NCBI RefSeq assembly: GCF_001194135.2
Contig: NC_069006.1
Location: 19,263,022 to 19,315,412 of the forward strand
Reading direction: 5' to 3'
DNA: 52,391 nt
Source: Octopus bimaculoides
Lineage: Eukaryota
Positions 51,205 through 52,391 of this stretch are shown piece after piece. How positions within the stretch are numbered: position 1 is the stretch's first letter; each line of letters begins with the position of its first letter. The notes beneath the pieces are model-generated. The model was not told the origin of the DNA, ran no database searches, and was given only the letters and a program-made list of their open reading frames with translations. The translations under genes were made by a program, and so were the position numbers.

Positions 51205-51768
51205 CTAGAGCAGTATGGCCCCTAAGGGACCATTTAAAACTTTTGGAGGTCCACATAACAAAATAGTAAATTGGGGGTCCACAATAGTATTCTAAGGGTT
51301 CCTGAAAAATTTTGTTTTAGATGTGTGTATTGGTATGTATTGCAAGAAACAGGTGGGTTTTTTTTTCTCTAACATTTTACATAGTTCAACCTACACAAGT
51401 TAATGTGTGAAAAACAATATAGGCATTTTGAAAGAAGTTCTTATAAAACTAGTTTTTAAACATCGAATGGATATGGGGGTCCACCAGAGTAAAGTAGTAA
51501 TTAAAGGTAAAAAAGGGTTCAGAATTTGAAGAAATTTTGCTTTAGATGTATGTATTAATATGTATTGCAAGAAACAGATAGGTTTTTTTTTTTTCTCGAA
51601 TATTTTACAAAGTTCAACCTACACAAGTTAATGTGTGAAAAATAATTTAGGAATTTTGAACAATGTTTCTATAAAACTAGTTTTTAGACATTGAATAGCT
51701 ATGGGGATCCACTAGAATAAAATAGTGATCAAAGGGGTCCATAGGTGAAAAATGGTTGAGAACCTTTT
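51205..51768. mobile_element. hAT/Charlie-type non-autonomous element with an internal duplication of period about 225 bp
   Basis: Terminal aaaatggttgagaacc motif; units 51308-51500 and 51533-51726 are about 85% similar by eye. Confidence 0.65.
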
Positions 51769-51966
51769 ATGTAGAGGGTTAGGTGCTAGCTCATGGCATT
51801 AGTGATTTGAATAGATGACTGTGTGATTGTGGCTTGGTTGTTCAGATGTGTCTAGGTATCAGCTCATATATGTGTGGGGTATATGATGTGGGATGCGTAG
51901 GGAACGAATGAGATGCAATTAAAAACAACTTGAAGGTATCAAGTTAATTGAATAAATAAAAAAATG

Positions 51967-51997
<31 letters not shown>

Positions 51998-52339
51998 CCT
52001 TGCAATATCTGCAGGAATATGAAAAGTGGCAAATGCAAGTGAGAGAAATAAATTGTCAGAATTATGTCGACCAGTCATAACAATGTAATATAACAGCAAA
52101 TTATAAAGAGAAGAAAAATATTGAAGCTTAAACAGGGAATATGCTAAACTATGAAAATATATTTTCTAGATTCTACAGTGGTGCAAATACTAGTTTAATA
52201 CATACAAACATGCTATACATATATATTTATATATATATGAGTGTGTGTGTGTGTATATGTTTATGTGTGTATGCATATGTCTCAGTGTGTGTGTATATAT
52301 TTATGTATATATGTGTATGTGTATATATTTATGTATATG

Positions 52340-52391
<52 letters not shown>

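Overview
AT-rich, repeat-dense eukaryotic genomic DNA from a gapped short-read assembly, with many N gaps bordered by (AT)n/(GT)n or poly-G/C. The SINE families look like those of an octopod cephalopod (Octopus sp.); this is my recognition, not a database result. The only well-supported gene is a + strand hillarin-like protein with seven GT-AG exons at 16865-25744, giving about 770 aa in one continuous frame. It has a Ser/Thr-rich segment, a coiled coil, a catalytically dead transglutaminase-like domain and a long C-terminal region. Its start codon and the LIM domain of known hillarins were not found in the window. The rest is tRNA-derived SINEs of several families, RTE-type LINE fragments, mariner/hAT/piggyBac-type MITEs, a Helentron-associated-like element and microsatellites. 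The most unusual signal is a set of minimal type-I hammerhead-ribozyme motifs of the kind known from Penelope-like elements. Three partial copies sit in the tail of a tRNA-headed SINE, two of which form a head-to-head foldback just upstream of the first identified exon. Two further hammerhead motifs lie at 6588-6624 (-) and 49180-49214 (+). Most ORFs in the supplied track are microsatellite or gap artefacts. Coordinates of degenerate repeats are approximate.
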